Assembly: GCA_043228905.1 (NCBI GenBank)
Contig: JBHGNT010000003.1
Span: forward strand, 9,114,001-9,178,000
Length of the DNA: 64,000 nucleotides
Direction: 5' to 3'
DNA from: Azolla caroliniana
Taxonomy: Eukaryota; Plantae; Polypodiophyta
The notes beneath the pieces are model-generated. The model was given only the letters and a program-made list of their open reading frames with translations. It searched no databases and was not told where the DNA came from. The translations under genes and the position numbers were made by a program. The stretch's first letter is position 1, and each line of letters opens with the position of its first letter. Below are positions 9,101 through 20,964 of this stretch, in pieces.

Positions 9101-11459
9101 TATTCCCCTCCGTTATCCGCTCGTATCGCTTTCAGCTTCTTGCCGGATTCCCTTTCCACTCTCGCGTGGAGTTCTTTGAAGACGCACAACACTTGGTCCT
9201 TTGTCTTCAACGGTGCCGTCCACAGCTTCCGGCTGTGGTCATCAATGAATGTCACGAAGTACTGGGCTCCGCCATGTGACTTCGTTTCTACCTGACACAC
9301 ATCAGTATGCACCAACTCCAATGGTGCGCTACGTCTCGTCGGTGGCCTTGAGTGGAAGGAGGCTTGGTTCTGCTTACCGGCCAGGCAATCGGTGCACTTC
9401 TCCAGGTGCACGTGCTTCACTGGAATAAGGTTGTCTTCTGCAAGCCTCTTCATCCCCTTCTCACTCATGTGGCACAGTCTTTTGTGCCACAGCTCACCGG
9501 CAGTGTCGGCTGCCACATTCAGCTCTTCCGGACATAACCAGGCATTCATCAGGTACAATGTGTTGACCTTCCGGGCCCGAGCCACTATCAAGCTCCCCTT
9601 GCTGAACTTCATGACACCGTTCCGGATGCTACCCGTGTAGCCTTCATCATCTAGCCTCCCGGCCGAAATCAGGTTCAGTCGGACCTCCGGAACGTGTCGG
9701 ACATTCTTCAGCAGCATTTTGCATCCGGTCGGGGTTGTCAACCACACGTCTCCTATGCCGGCAATCCGGCACGTACCTTCGTTTCCCATCCGAACACAGC
9801 CATGCTCGCCGGCTGTGTAGGATGAGAAGTATCTTCTCTCCGGGGTCAGGTGGAACGATGCTCCGGAATCGACCACCCAGGTCGTCTCATCGCCGGCAAT
9901 GTTTAGTTCACCTTCTTCGGTGATGAGCATGATCTCCTCTTCACTTGCCGCAAGTGCCGTCGTTCCTTTCCGGTCCTGTCCTCGCCGATCCGAACCATTT
10001 CGGTCCGTGGCTCCCCGGTATGCACCGTTTCTCTCCGGTGACTTCTTCGAATCGGTGTCGTCGGCTCCGTTGTCTTTTCGGTAATGCCGACAATTCTTTC
10101 GGAAGTGCCCCGGCTTCCCACAGTGGAAGCATGTGGGTCTTCCTCTTGACTGCGACCGGGTCCCCGACTTCTCCCGTCTTTGCGGACTCCGGTTCCATTG
10201 TCTTCCCCGTTCCGATTCGGTAAGCAGCGCCTTCGAGTCGGAGACCGGTTCTTTATCTCTCCGACGCGCTTCTTCGTTCAAAATACTTGTCTTTACCGTT
10301 TGTAGGGACAAGTTATCTTCGGTGCAGGAGGTGCTGAGAGTCACCACCAAGTTCTCCCAGCTTTCCGGCAATGTACACATCAGAATGATGGCTTGCATTG
10401 CGTCCTCCAGCGGGAACTTGATCGCCGCAAGCTGGTTCACAAATCCCATGAACGTGCTTACGTGTTCCACCATACTCTCGCCGTCCCGGTACTTGAGGTT
10501 CACTATCTTCCTCATCAGGGAGGTCCGGTTCAACGCATTCTTCCTCTCGTAGAGGCCCGACAGCTTCCGCCACATCTCATATGCGTTGGTGTCGTTCGCC
10601 ACATGTTGTAGAACGCTCACGTCGACGTATTGCCGAATGGTTGCAACGGCTTTCCGGTTCAGAAGCCTCCATTCCGACTCAAGTACCCCCTTCGGTATTT
10701 CCGACCTGTCAATCGGTTCGTACAGGTCCCGAACAATCAGAAGATCCTCCATCTTGATCTTCCAGTCGGCGTAATTCTGTGCATTCAACACCATCATCCC
10801 CGGCTGCCCGCTGCCGCCGCCTTCCATTTTCTGCAACAGTCGCTCTGATACCAGTTTGTAAGGAATAGACCCTTCTATTCACCTTCACCACTCGGCCACA
10901 ACCGAGTAAGCGCGAATCAATGGAGCAGAAAATAGGAACCACAAAGAGAAACAAAACGCGAGTACACAGGGATTAACGTGGAAAACCCTAGACGGGAAAA
11001 ACCACGGGAGTACAAGACTCCAAACCAACACTATACAGAGAAGTATACAATGGCGAGCTGCAAGGCGACGACCTTGAGCTCGCTGTCTTCGCCACAGGCG
11101 GCGGTATTACACAAAGGCGTCGACCTCTTCCTCTCTCACGCTCTATCTCTCTCACGGCTGCTCTCTCTTCACTCCTCTAAAGTGGGAAAACAGAAAAATG
11201 AGAAGCAACAGTAAAACTGTTTGCCCTAAGTCATATTTATACACATATGACTTTGGGGCTATTTACAACTATAGCCTCAAGGGCCCTTGGCAAACATATT
11301 CACAGATATGTCCCCGCATCCGGATCTCGCTTCGGGTACATTCGTCATCCGGCTCCAAAGCCGGGGTCTTCATCATCCGGTTCCGAAACCGAAACCGGGC
11401 TTGTCGGCATTCATCTCCGATATCCGACCATCCCATCCGAAGGGACCGTAATCCCAACA
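6141..11459 (-). mobile_element. Intact, recently inserted Ty1/copia (Tnt1/Tork-like) LTR retrotransposon, 5319 bp
   Basis: 603-bp TG…CA LTRs at 6141-6743 and 10857-11459; only two differences noticed by eye. 5-bp TSD GCTTC at 6136-6140 and 11460-11464. tRNA-iMet PBS TGGTATCAGAGC at 10842-10853 (-). PPT TGAAGGGGGAG at ~6746-6756 (-). Confidence 0.97.
6754..10827 (-). CDS. Copia Gag-Pol polyprotein (Gag, zinc knuckle, protease, integrase, RT, RNase H), 1357 aa from the ATG at 10827
   Basis: Uninterrupted ORF with CFHCGKPGHFRKNC, WVVDSGAS, HHCC and D,D(35)E integrase, QMDVKTAFLHG, LLLYVDDM, and RNase H motifs (FTDSD, TEAEY, CDSQSA, RTKHI). Confidence 0.96.
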   Translation of the reverse strand: MEGGGSGQPGMMVLNAQNYADWKIKMEDLLIVRDLYEPIDRSEIPKGVLESEWRLLNRKAVATIRQYVDVSVLQHVANDTNAYEMWRKLSGLYERKNALNRTSLMRKIVNLKYRDGESMVEHVSTFMGFVNQLAAIKFPLEDAMQAIILMCTLPESWENLVVTLSTSCTEDNLSLQTVKTSILNEEARRRDKEPVSDSKALLTESERGRQWNRSPQRREKSGTRSQSRGRPTCFHCGKPGHFRKNCRHYRKDNGADDTDSKKSPERNGAYRGATDRNGSDRRGQDRKGTTALAASEEEIMLITEEGELNIAGDETTWVVDSGASFHLTPERRYFSSYTAGEHGCVRMGNEGTCRIAGIGDVWLTTPTGCKMLLKNVRHVPEVRLNLISAGRLDDEGYTGSIRNGVMKFSKGSLIVARARKVNTLYLMNAWLCPEELNVAADTAGELWHKRLCHMSEKGMKRLAEDNLIPVKHVHLEKCTDCLAGKQNQASFHSRPPTRRSAPLELVHTDVCQVETKSHGGAQYFVTFIDDHSRKLWTAPLKTKDQVLCVFKELHARVERESGKKLKAIRADNGGEYRGQFQEYCRSKGIRLEFTVPKTPELNGLAERMNRTIMERVRSMLAHAELPKGFWAEAMSTATYVINRSPSVPLGGDTPHRVWTGREVSYRHLKVFGCLAYVHVAKDRRGKLDPKTRPCIFLGYGDDEFGYRVWDPVDKKIFRSRDIVFMEDKTLADWESEKKMKSSKSTGEDKLYEEQSRPARDRLALEDPAEDGEETEPAEEDENDTGTGPDPEMDSDEEESEEPVTEASERRYPLRERRAPRRFPEPEHVLLTDEGEPESFEEAKHDTQSRRWLSAMQDEMDSLHENHTYELVELPKGKRALRNKWVFKLKPGDAGNPPRYKARIVVKGFQQKKGVDFDEIFAPVVKMTSIRTVLGIAASMDLEVEQMDVKTAFLHGDLEEEIYMQQPEGFEKKGKEHLVCRLKKSLYGLKQAPRQWYRKFDSFMTDEGYLKTQSDHCVFVKKFKGGDFLILLLYVDDMLIVGRNQVKIQMLKKALHRTFSMKDLGPARQILGMHIIRDRKKKQLWLSQEKYVTKVLHRFNMSEARPVGSTLPANCKLSSKQSPKTKAEKEDMMKVPYASAVGSLMYAMVCTRPDIGYAVEVVSRYMSNPGKEHWNAAKWILRYLKGTANVCLRFGSSKPELDGFTDSDMSADADTSRSTSGYVMTYAGGAVSWQSRLQKTVALSTTEAEYMAAVEAGKEIIWMKDFIRELGIRQEEYRLYCDSQSAIHLAKNAAYHSRTKHIQRRYHWIRERIEDKEFVLTKIHTDENGSDMLTKVLTPDKLEACRKRIGLERHPMPK

Positions 11460-11736
11460 GCTTCTACTCGGTCTCCTGTGCAAGACCCCGCTCTGCGCGA
11501 CGAGCCTGAGAGCTCCCCGAATGGCAGCTTGGCAGTAGACTACTGTTGTAACCTACCCTACCTTGGTCCGGCTCGAAGCCGAGAATGTATTCTTCCCCTT
11601 GTAATATACATACTCGTATCTGTTTGTGCATATTGGTGTTTGTGGTGATGTCGGGAGCACAACCCCCCTCTTGCTTCCTGTCCGGGCCGTGTCCGGTGTC
11701 GGTTTTCTTGGCGTCCCTCTTCTCCCTCGTCCGAGA

Positions 11737-12169
11737 TGTTACGGGCATGACCATTTAATATCCCGTGGTGAGAATTTACCGTAGTATTCTATACACGTGG
11801 ATAAGTGTGAGGGTTAAACGAGAGTGTAAAGAAGGGGAGGATTACTTTTAATCCTCGGGATTGAGACAACCCATTAGGTCAAGTGTGAACTTGCCTGGGG
11901 GTCTTGGGTATCGCTATAAATAAGAGGCCTAGCTACCCCCATTTCATCATCTTTTTTACTACATCGAGACTCTGCTCTTGTGGTGGGTCAACTCTTGTAG
12001 CGAGCGCGCCAGCACCAGGTACGACTCGACGCCACAACGGTGGTATGGGACGCCGATTGAGGCTCGAGTCCGTCTCGATCCCTTCGCTCGGGGGTGGTCG
12101 GGTGGATCGACACCCTTCTTTCTCTTTCTCCTTTCTATATATCATTACTTTATCCTTATCTTAAGCTTA
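11737..12169 (+). mobile_element. Solo LTR (~433 bp) inserted in U5 of the gag-only element's 3' LTR
   Basis: Starts TGTTAC and has a TATA-like gctataaata at ~11913. Flanked by CGAGA at 11732-11736 and 12170-12174; removing it restores the match to 417-430. The 3' terminus is TA or AC rather than CA. Confidence 0.65.
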
Positions 12170-13119
12170 CGAGACCCCCGTGGTCCCGCCGCTTCTACAC
12201 GCACGCGCGTAGCAACGAGACAACGGTCTAGCCAAAAGGATGAACCGGGCCATAATGGAGAGAGTCTAGAGCATGCTTGCACATGCTAAGTTATGCAAGG
12301 CGTTTTGAGCTAAGTCATTGATGGCAATGGCCTATGAGACAAACATATCACCCTCAACACCCTTGAACGGAGACACACCATAGAGAGTATGGACCGGTAA
12401 AGACGTGTCTTACCGTCATTTGAAGTTGTTCATGTATCTCGCCTACGTGCATGTAGCAAAGGACAAGAGAGCGAAATTGGATCCACAATCCCGGCTAGGT
12501 ATATTCCTTGGATACGACGATGATGAGTTCGGCTACCGAGTGTGGGACTTGGTCGACAAGAAAGTTTTCTGGAGTCGAGACATAGTCTTCATGGAGGACA
12601 AAACCATTGCTGACTGGGAGTTAGAGGAGAAGACAATGGATTCCGGGTCGACCGATAGAGATCGGTTGAAGGATATAAGGACCCATCCAACCGGAAGCTG
12701 GATGACACTCGATGAACTGGCCGGATTTGGACAAGAAACCAAACCGACCAAAGAAGAAGAAGAATCTGACACCAGAATTGGACAAGATCCTGAATCAGAT
12801 TCAGATGAAGAACAGATGGAGGAACCGGTGGACGAAAACCAAGGACGGAGATATCCTCTCAAAGAGAGAAGAGCCCCCTTGAGATTTCTAGATGTAGAGC
12901 ATGTATTGCTGACCGATGAGGGCGAGCCGAAAAGCTTCGAGGAAGCAAAGAAAGATACCACAACCACAAGTGGTTAAGTGCCATGCAGGATGAGATGGAT
13001 TCACTGCATGAGAACTGTCACGTACATGACAACAATCATGTCACAATTTGAACTCTTGACCTCTTGTATATAGACAAGTGTTGTGTTCTACCCAACACAT
13101 CTAAATATATGGTCATGTT

Positions 13120-13227
13120 TGTGAATGTTAATGTGCAGAAGCGTTAGACAGAACCGGCTCAACCGGATAGCAACAGAGAATAAGATAAAGGTTTAATGGA
13201 GTAGCTTAACACACAAAGAATATGCAT

Positions 13228-13263
<36 letters not shown>

Positions 13264-16200
13264 AAAACATAAACTCAATTCAAAATAACTCGGCGCTTGT
13301 CGACCTGTCGTCTCCTCCATGTCGGCGTCGACTTCTGCTGCCATTTAGTCCGCTTGGCCTTTAGTTGACCCGGCTCTTCCGAATCTGTTTGTTGAGCCGA
13401 ATAAGCTATCTCCGATTCGTTCCAGCTCTTGTCCGAGTTGGTGTCCTCCGACCCGTCTCCAATTTTCAGGCCCTTCACCACATCGGAGCACGTCCAAGTC
13501 TTGGCCTTCTTCTGGTTGGCTTTGTCCTTCTTGACTCTGCCGCTGCTGCCGCTTGTTCTGACTTGTTCGGATGTGCCGACTTCCTTCGTCGACTCGGCTT
13601 CCTCATTCCTCTTGTCTCCCCCTTTGTTGGTTCTTTCTTCCTCTCCGGCTCCTTGTCCGTTGCCATCCGTTCCCTTTCCTTTTCTCCCCCTCAAGTGTGG
13701 CACGTTGAGATGCTGAACACCAAGCATTTTGGTGAAGTGCTGCAACTTGTCCGATTCGAGCGGTTTGGTGAAGATGTCCGCAACTTCCCGATTCGTCTGA
13801 ACATACCGAAGTTCAACTTCACCGCTCAAAACCCACTCACGCACGAAGTGATAATGCACTTCTATGAGCTTTATCTGAGCATGGAACACGAGGTTCTTGG
13901 CGAGCTGAATGCTGCTCATGTTGTCATAGTAGATCAGGATCGGGGTCGGTGCCTCAATCTGCAGGTCTTGTAGCAGTCGCCGAAGCCAGATGGCTTCACA
14001 GGTGGCATTGGTAGTTCCCCGATATTCAGCCTTAGTGCTCGCCAGAGCCACTGTTGGCTGCTTTTTGCTGCTCCATGCAATAACCGCGCTACCTAGAGAA
14101 AACATGTAACCGGAGGTGGATCGGCGATCTGATGCATCACCAGCCCAGTCGGAATCGGTATATCCGACTAGCTCCCAGTTATACTATGTCGGTATAACAG
14201 TCCCCGATCCTTCGTGCCGCTAACATACCGGAGTATCTGGTGTGCGCACTGAAGGTGCTCGACGGTCGGCTTATGCATGGACTGGCTGGCTGATCACTCT
14301 GACCGGGTAACTCAGGTCGGGTTGAGTGATTGTAAGGTATATGAGGCATCTGACAATTTGTCAGAACCATTTCTCATCGCAGGCCAGTCCGGAGTTGGGA
14401 CAGAGCTTCTGGTTCCGGTCTAGGGGTGTGGAGACAGGTCGGCATTCCGGCATGCCGAACTTGTACAACATATTCAACACATAGTGTCGTTGTGAGAGCA
14501 ATATGCCGATTTCATTGAGTCCGGGTCTGGTGATGACTAAATCATCAACATAAAGTAGGATGCAAACCGGACCATCCGGACCTTGCCGGATGAACAATGA
14601 GGAGTCATATTTAGAGGTCACAAACCCCATCTTACGCAACCAATGCGTGATCTTCGCATTCCAAGCTCGGGGGGCTTGTTTCAGACCGTAAAGCAACTTC
14701 TTAAGCCGACATACCGCCAACTTGTTCATCTTCGACTAAAATCTGGGAGGTTGGATCATATAGACCCATTCTTCAAGGTCACCTTGAAGAAACGCATTCT
14801 TCACGTCCATCTGGTGAAGATGCCACCCCCTTGCCGCAGCAACCGCTAATACCACAAGAACAGTCATCATCTTCGCTACCGGAGCGAAGGTCTCGTTGTA
14901 GTCGATTCTGTGAGTCTGTGCGTATCCCTTCGCCACTAACTGGGTCTTGTACCGGTTAACCAAACCATCGGCATTGTACTTTACCTTGTACACCCATTTT
15001 CAACCGATCGGTTTACAATGTCGGGGAGGGTCAAGGAGGTCCCATGTGTCGTTGGCATCGAGTGCCCGCATTTCTTCCTCCATAGCGGCACGCCAATTTG
15101 CGTCCTTTGCCGCCTCTGCGTAGCTCTCCAGCTCACGCACTTCTGCCACTTTGGTCATGTACACATAGTGACGCGCCATGTACTCATTGTACCCGTACCG
15201 CGTAACGGGGTTCTTTTGGTAGGATGATCGGCATAGCTTGTTGTTACCCGGTTTGAGCCCCGTCTTGGCCGATTCAGACTTCCTTTTTGAAGATCCACCC
15301 TCTTCCTTTCCGGAGTCGGATTCGCTCCGATCTGACTCAACATTGCCGGTTTCGTATTCCAACATCTTCTTCTTCCCCTTCTCTTTGCGTGTGAACAGTC
15401 TCCTCGGTTCCTTGCACGGGGAGAGCACGGTAGAGTCTCGTCTACTCGCCGGTTCTTCATCCGACTGGTCGTCCCGACTCAGCTCGCTCATTCTGTCCAC
15501 TCAACTAGAATGAGATCGAACTCTCTTCTAGAGTGCCGAAATCTTCATCTTCTACCTGGACCTCCTCGGGCTCACTAGCTTCATCTTCCGGAATTGAGTC
15601 TTCGTTGGGAGTTGGAGTCGGTAAGGAGTACCATGATGCTGTCTCATCAAACTCGATATCTCGGCTTACTCGGACCTGCTTAGTCCGGGGGTTATAGCAC
15701 TTATGCCCCTTTTGCTCATGCGAGTAGCCGACTAGGATGTACTTCTCCGACTTCGGATCCAGCTTCCTCCGCTTCTCATCCGGTACAAGCACATATGCTA
15801 TGCTACCGAATATCCGAAGGTGTCTCAAATTCGGCTTGCGCTTGAAATACAACTCGTGTGCTGACACCTTGTCACCGATCCGGTTTTGGATGTAGACAAC
15901 CATCCAGACCGCCTCAGCCCAGTAGAAATGGGGCATGCTCTTCTCCTCTAGCATTGCCCTTGCCGCGTCGACAATCGACCGGTTCTTCCTTTCGGCCACA
16001 CCGTTTTGCTCCGGTGTGTATCTGCAATTGAATTCTCTCCAAATTCCCTTCTGCTGCAGATAATTGTTGAATTGGCCGGAAAAGTATTCTTTTCCGCCAT
16101 CTGACCGCAGACACTTGATCTTCCTCTCCGTTTCCCGTTCAACCAAGCTTTGAAGGTTCCAGAAACACTCAAAGACTTCGCTCTTCCTCTCAATGAGGTA

Positions 16201-17889
16201 GATCCATGTGGTGCCGGCTGTAGTCGTTGAAATATCGACTCCCGCCAAGACTAACGTTTTGTGCCGGTCCCCATACATACGAATGGATTAGGGAGCTTGT
16301 TATGGCTCCAGTTTCGTTCGGTGGGGAATGGAAGCCGGTGTTGCTTCCCGAGTTGGCAGGCTTCACAAATTTCGGCCTTCTGACCGCTAAATTTCCGCAA
16401 ACCGAAGACAACTTGTTTCGATTGCAGGTCCTGAAGCCTCCGGTAGTTGACATGGCTGATCCGTTTGTGCCATAGGTCGATGTCCGACTCGACCTTCTAC
16501 CCTTTCGCAAACATAGCGGTGCTGACGTCATTAGTGTTGAGGATGAACATCCTCCCTTCTCTGCGCCCTTGCGCAATTATTCGGCCTTCTTCCTCGATGA
16601 AGCACCCGAGGTGTGTAAACCGCACTTGCATCCTCTGGTCGACGATTTGTCCAACCGACACCAGGTTCTTTGTGATTGTCGGTACGTGCAACACGTGCTT
16701 CTTGAGGGTCCAGAACTGCTGTGGGTATTACCTCTATGCCTTCGGTCTTGCTCTTGCCGACCCGCCTCGTCCACCACATCCATAGGGCCGATCTGTCTCC
16801 GTGTACAAGATCCGGCCGTCTGATTGAGTGGTCCTCGATCCACTCGCGTGCTTTTCTTCGACCATCAACATTGATTGTAAGTCGAAGAAGGACGATGGCT
16901 TCTCCAGCATGTAGATCGCCGTCCGGATTGGTCCGTACCTTTGCGCTAGACCACCGAGACAGATTTGTACCATCTCATTTTCGTCCACTGTCACGTTGAT
17001 AGGCCCGAGTGCGTCACAAATCTCCTTTATCTTGGTGGTGTAATCCGTAACCGACATGTCTCTTTGCCTGATGTTGTTCAGCTCTTGCTTGAACTGCAAC
17101 TTACAGGCTGTGGTACTCGCGGCGAAAATCTTCCGTAGATTTTCGTAGGCCTCCTTCGGCATCTTTGCATCCTTGATGTAGCTGAGCATCTGATCATGCA
17201 CACAGGACACAAGGCAGTACAATACTCGGCTCGCTCCTTGCTCCCATACCGGGAAGACCTTGTGTGATGGCTCTTGTGCTACTTCGTTGTTCCTTCCACG
17301 AAGCTCCAATATCCATGCCCCATCAGGTACTGATGCATTTTAAATGACCAGGACGCGTAGTTGCTCCGGTCGAGCTTCTCTGTTGGAAGTGAACTCGCCA
17401 TTCCTCTGTCCATTTCTTATCTCTATCTGTTGTTATCGGGTTCTAGGGTTCATCTACGGAAGCAAGTGTCAGTTGTAGAGGTTCTCAACCCTCGCGCTCT
17501 GATACCATGTGAATTTTAATGTGCGGAAGCGTTAGAGAGAACCAGCTCAGCCGGATAGCAACAGAGAATACGATGAAGGTTTAATGGAGTAGCTTAACAC
17601 ACAAAGAATACGCATGGGAGAGATAGAGAGGGAGAGAGAGAGCAAAACATAAACTCAATTCAAAACAACTCTAAAACTCTGTACATACAACGTGCTAAAC
17701 AACACTATTTATACAAGTCCATAAAGGACTGACAGGTACTTCAATACTCCTACGTGCGACTGAGACTAACTAGAAGACAATGATTACCTAGTAGTCTAGG
17801 CTACTACTAGGCTTCCGGTTACCGCTCTGACCTGGCTCACCGGCTCACCGGCTCACCGATCCGGATCCAGTTGAGCTTGTCGCTCAACA
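13120..17889 (-). mobile_element. Decayed Ty1/copia element with truncated 3' LTR
   Basis: TSD ATGTT at 13115-13119 and 17890-17894. 5' LTR 17508-17889; tRNA-iMet PBS 17496-17507. Only 13120-13291 of the 3' LTR remains. Confidence 0.9.
13275..17413 (-). pseudogene. Frameshifted copia gag-pol
   Basis: Gag start MDRGMASSLPTEKLDRSNYASW; integrase (LRSDGGKEY, TPEQNGVAERKNR, RKLDPKS); RT ([18 protein letters not shown]); RNase H ([10 protein letters not shown]). Broken into many ORFs. Confidence 0.88.
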
Positions 17890-19406
17890 ATGTTATATAT
17901 ATCTTAGTAGATTATTAGTAGATTATCTATTTCAAGTTCTAGGAGTTTTTAGAAAGTTCTAGAACTAGAATATTCTAATGCATGTACTTCGACTCACAGT
18001 ATATATATTTGTAACCTCCTTGGTCCCGTTCAAGGGATTCAACACCAGTCACTGACACATCAATCTAGTACTCTTGTTTAGCTCCATCTTCTCTCCTTGA
18101 TTTACATCTCAGTCTTTATGCTCTTTTATTGTTCATAGCGTCTTAAGTTCCTCATCTAGTCGCTCCCAACTTTTCGAGTTTCTAACCTCATCAAGTTGAG
18201 TTCCACGTTCGTAACCTTATCGGTTGTAGCCTTGTCATTCGTGCTCCGTCGTAGTCTAGGGTTGGTGTGCCTGTGACAAGAACCACACATATGAACTGAC
18301 GGAGCTGCCGAAGGGAAAGAGAGCCCTCCAGCACAAGTGGGTGTACAAGCTGAAACTGGGAGACGCCGGAAATCCACCAAGATACAAAGCTCGCATCATG
18401 TTGAAGGGCTTCTAGCAGAAAAAGGGAGTGGATTTCGACAGATCTTTGATCCGATAGATAAGATGCCATCCATCTGGACTGTGTTGAGCATAGTGACAAT
18501 CATGGACCTCGAGGTCGACAACTAAATGTCAAAACAACGTTCCTACGCGGTGACCAAGGGAAGGGTTCGTCAAGAAAGGGAAGGAGCACCTGGTGTGCCG
18601 GTTGAAGAAGAGCTTATACGGACTGAAGAAAGCTCCCCTATAATGGTACCAGAAGTTCGACTCCTTCATGACCGACCAAGGATACCACAAGACACAGGCC
18701 GATCACTGCGTATTTGTGAAGAAGTTCGACGGAGGCGACTTCCTGATACTCCTGTTGTATGTAGATTATATGCTAATTGTCAGACCGGACCATATCAAAA
18801 TCGGAAATATGAACAAGGCCTTGAACAAGGCCTTCTCAATGAAAGATCTGGGTCCGGCAAGGCAGATTCTGGGAATGCATATTATCCGGGACCGGATGAA
18901 GAAACAGTTATGGTTGTCACAGGAGAAGCATGTGACAAAGGTACTCCAAAGGTTTCGCATGTCGGATGTGAAGCCGGTCGGATCGACACTTCTGACAAAT
19001 TGCAAGTTGTTCGGAAAATAGAGTCTGAAGACTAAGGCAGAGAAGTCGGAGATGATGAATGTACCATATGCCTCTGTTGTCGGAAGCTTGATGTACGCAA
19101 TGGTGTGTACCCGGACGGATATAAGATATGTTGTCGGAGTGGTAAGCTGGTTCATGAGCAATCTGAGAAGGGAACACTGGACCGTTGTTAAGTGGATACT
19201 TCGGTACTTGAAAGGCACCTCGACTATGTGCCTCCGATTCGGCTCGAGAAAACCCCAACTGGATTCGGACATATCGGATGATGCCCATACCAACCGGTCA
19301 ACATCCGGATATGTCATGACCTATGTAGGGGGAGCTGTATCGTGGCAGTCAAGGCCGCAGAAGTCCGTTTCACTATCGACAACGGAAGCAGAGTACATGG
19401 TAGCGG

Positions 19407-20964
19407 TGTCGCGAAAATACAACAAGGATACGTGAACTTGAGGCAGGACCCCGGGGCCTCCGACCAGAAGATATCAGATTTGTATGATTATATTAAACAA
19501 TTAATACAAAATGACAAAGATTCACAAATTTCATTAATAAAGGGAAAGAAAGATTACAATCAATCTGAAGATTGAGATTACAAAGTTTAACTAATGGAGA
19601 TTACTAGAGTAATAGATAAGAGGAAATTAAGATATGGATTCTATAGAAAATTAGGGTTTTTGGCTTTGATAAGATATTTTAGATTTTGAGAGATATGGCT
19701 TCCGTAGGGAAATTTAGGGTTTATGGCTTCCGTAAGGAAATTAAGGTTTATGAGTGTTATGGCTTCGATAAGATAAGAGAGCTAAGAAGGAAAAGAAAAG
19801 AAATATATGGAGAGAGAGTCTGAGTATAGGAAAAAAAATGGAATATATATGGAGTTCTCCGTTGATCATAGCATGTCCACTTTTTGTTGTATGGCCTCTA
19901 CTTTTAGTTGCATAACTTTTTCTTTTAGTTGCATCTATTTTTAGTTGCATGGCTTTTTCTTTTAGTTGCATGCGACCGTCCACATGACCTTTTACTTTAG
20001 TTTTCTTCACTTCACTTTAATTAACCACATGATCTTGTTATCCGTTCGGTTTGCGTCCAGCCTCGTCCGGTCGCCAGTTCTGTCTAGTCGTCGATTGTGG
20101 CCGCCTCACTGGCTCTGCCGCCGGTTCCGATTTGCTTACTGGCCGGTTTCTGGTTTTGCTTGCCGGCTCGGTTCCGGTGTCGTGAAGATTTTTGTCCATA
20201 GACAGAAACCGGGGTGGAATAGGCAAATCGGTGGTGTGCACCATGTGCACATGTATACTAGGAAATGGTGTATAGAAATAAGAGGCGAAATTTTATCCCA
20301 CATTGTAACGTCCCTCCCTCCTTGGGCTATAAAAGGAAGGGAGGGGTCACTTATGAAGGGGTTGCCTCTTTTGAGGGAGAGAGGCATACCACTTAGGTCG
20401 AGGGTTTCCTATTCGGTTTTAGGGTTTCGGTTAGGGTTTTCTTCTTGGGGTTTTCCTCATAGTCGTTTGGTGCGGCCATGGCAGCTATCGTTGTAAAGCG
20501 TTTATGTTTCCTTAAGCTAACTTGTTGAGCATCTTGCCCCGTCTATTCTATGTTATTGTCTTATTCTTTCTCACATCCTCTTGAGCTAAGCTTCCATTTT
20601 GTGTCTTATTCTTTCTCCTCTACTCCCTAGTCCAAGACCCCCATGGTCCCGCCCCTTCCACACGCACGCGCGTAACAACGCGACACCGGTTTTGCTTGCC
20701 GGCCGGTTTTCGGTTTTTGGGAACTTGGCCACCATCATCCATGAAGACAAAGTGGCCAAAGTGCTCTTAGCACAAATGAAAATGACGGTCTCAAGGTGCT
20801 TATATAGCCAGGGCCTTAAGTTTCCTATCTATGTGGGATAAATAATAGTTCTATTTTCCCTATCTTCTCAAAATCCATCTTCTATAACATGCCATTAAGC
20901 TAATATAAAGTACTTTTTTTATTTTTATTTTTATTTTACATAGTGTGAGAAGATTCACACGACA
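19407..20964 (-). mobile_element. Solo LTR, Phygy-like family, containing a nested solo LTR
   Basis: Termini TGTCG…CGACA; 4-bp TSD GCGG at 19403-19406 and 20965-20968. The family U5 motif is on the minus strand at ~19430-19460. Confidence 0.85.
20178..20685 (+). mobile_element. Solo LTR (508 bp), Phygy-like family
   Basis: TGTCGTGAAGAT…CGCGACA; 4-bp TSD CCGG at 20174-20177 and 20686-20689. The TATA region (tttatcccacattgtaacg…ctataaaaggaaggga…tgaaggggttgcc) is shared with 5927-6000, and the U5 motif with 421-469. Confidence 0.88.

Larger units (their letters stand above)
77..12222 (+). mobile_element. Non-autonomous gag-only Phygy-like Ty3/gypsy LTR retrotransposon, with nested insertions and 5' end outside the window
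   Basis: 5' LTR remnant 77-469 ends CACGACA, followed by a PBS at 474-490 and a decayed gag. The internal region is repetitive, with no pol motifs. A PPT-like gaaagaaggagg lies at ~4995-5006. The 3' LTR runs ~5010 (start tentative) to 12222; its pieces 11470-11736 and 12171-12222 match 77-469. The right flank (acgg…) resumes copia integrase (NGLAKRMNR). Confidence 0.8.
13016..18278 (+). mobile_element. Solo LTR (~490 bp net) of the self-priming gypsy family, split by a nested copia
   Basis: Termini TGTCAC…GTGACA; TSD AGAAC at 13011-13015 and 18279-18283. Pieces 13016-13119 and 17895-18278 are homologous to the LTR at 21513-22004. Confidence 0.88.

Noticed and set aside
19650-19770. Telomere-like TTTAGGG motifs
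   Set aside because: Isolated copies within a short degenerate repeat in an LTR, not a telomeric array.
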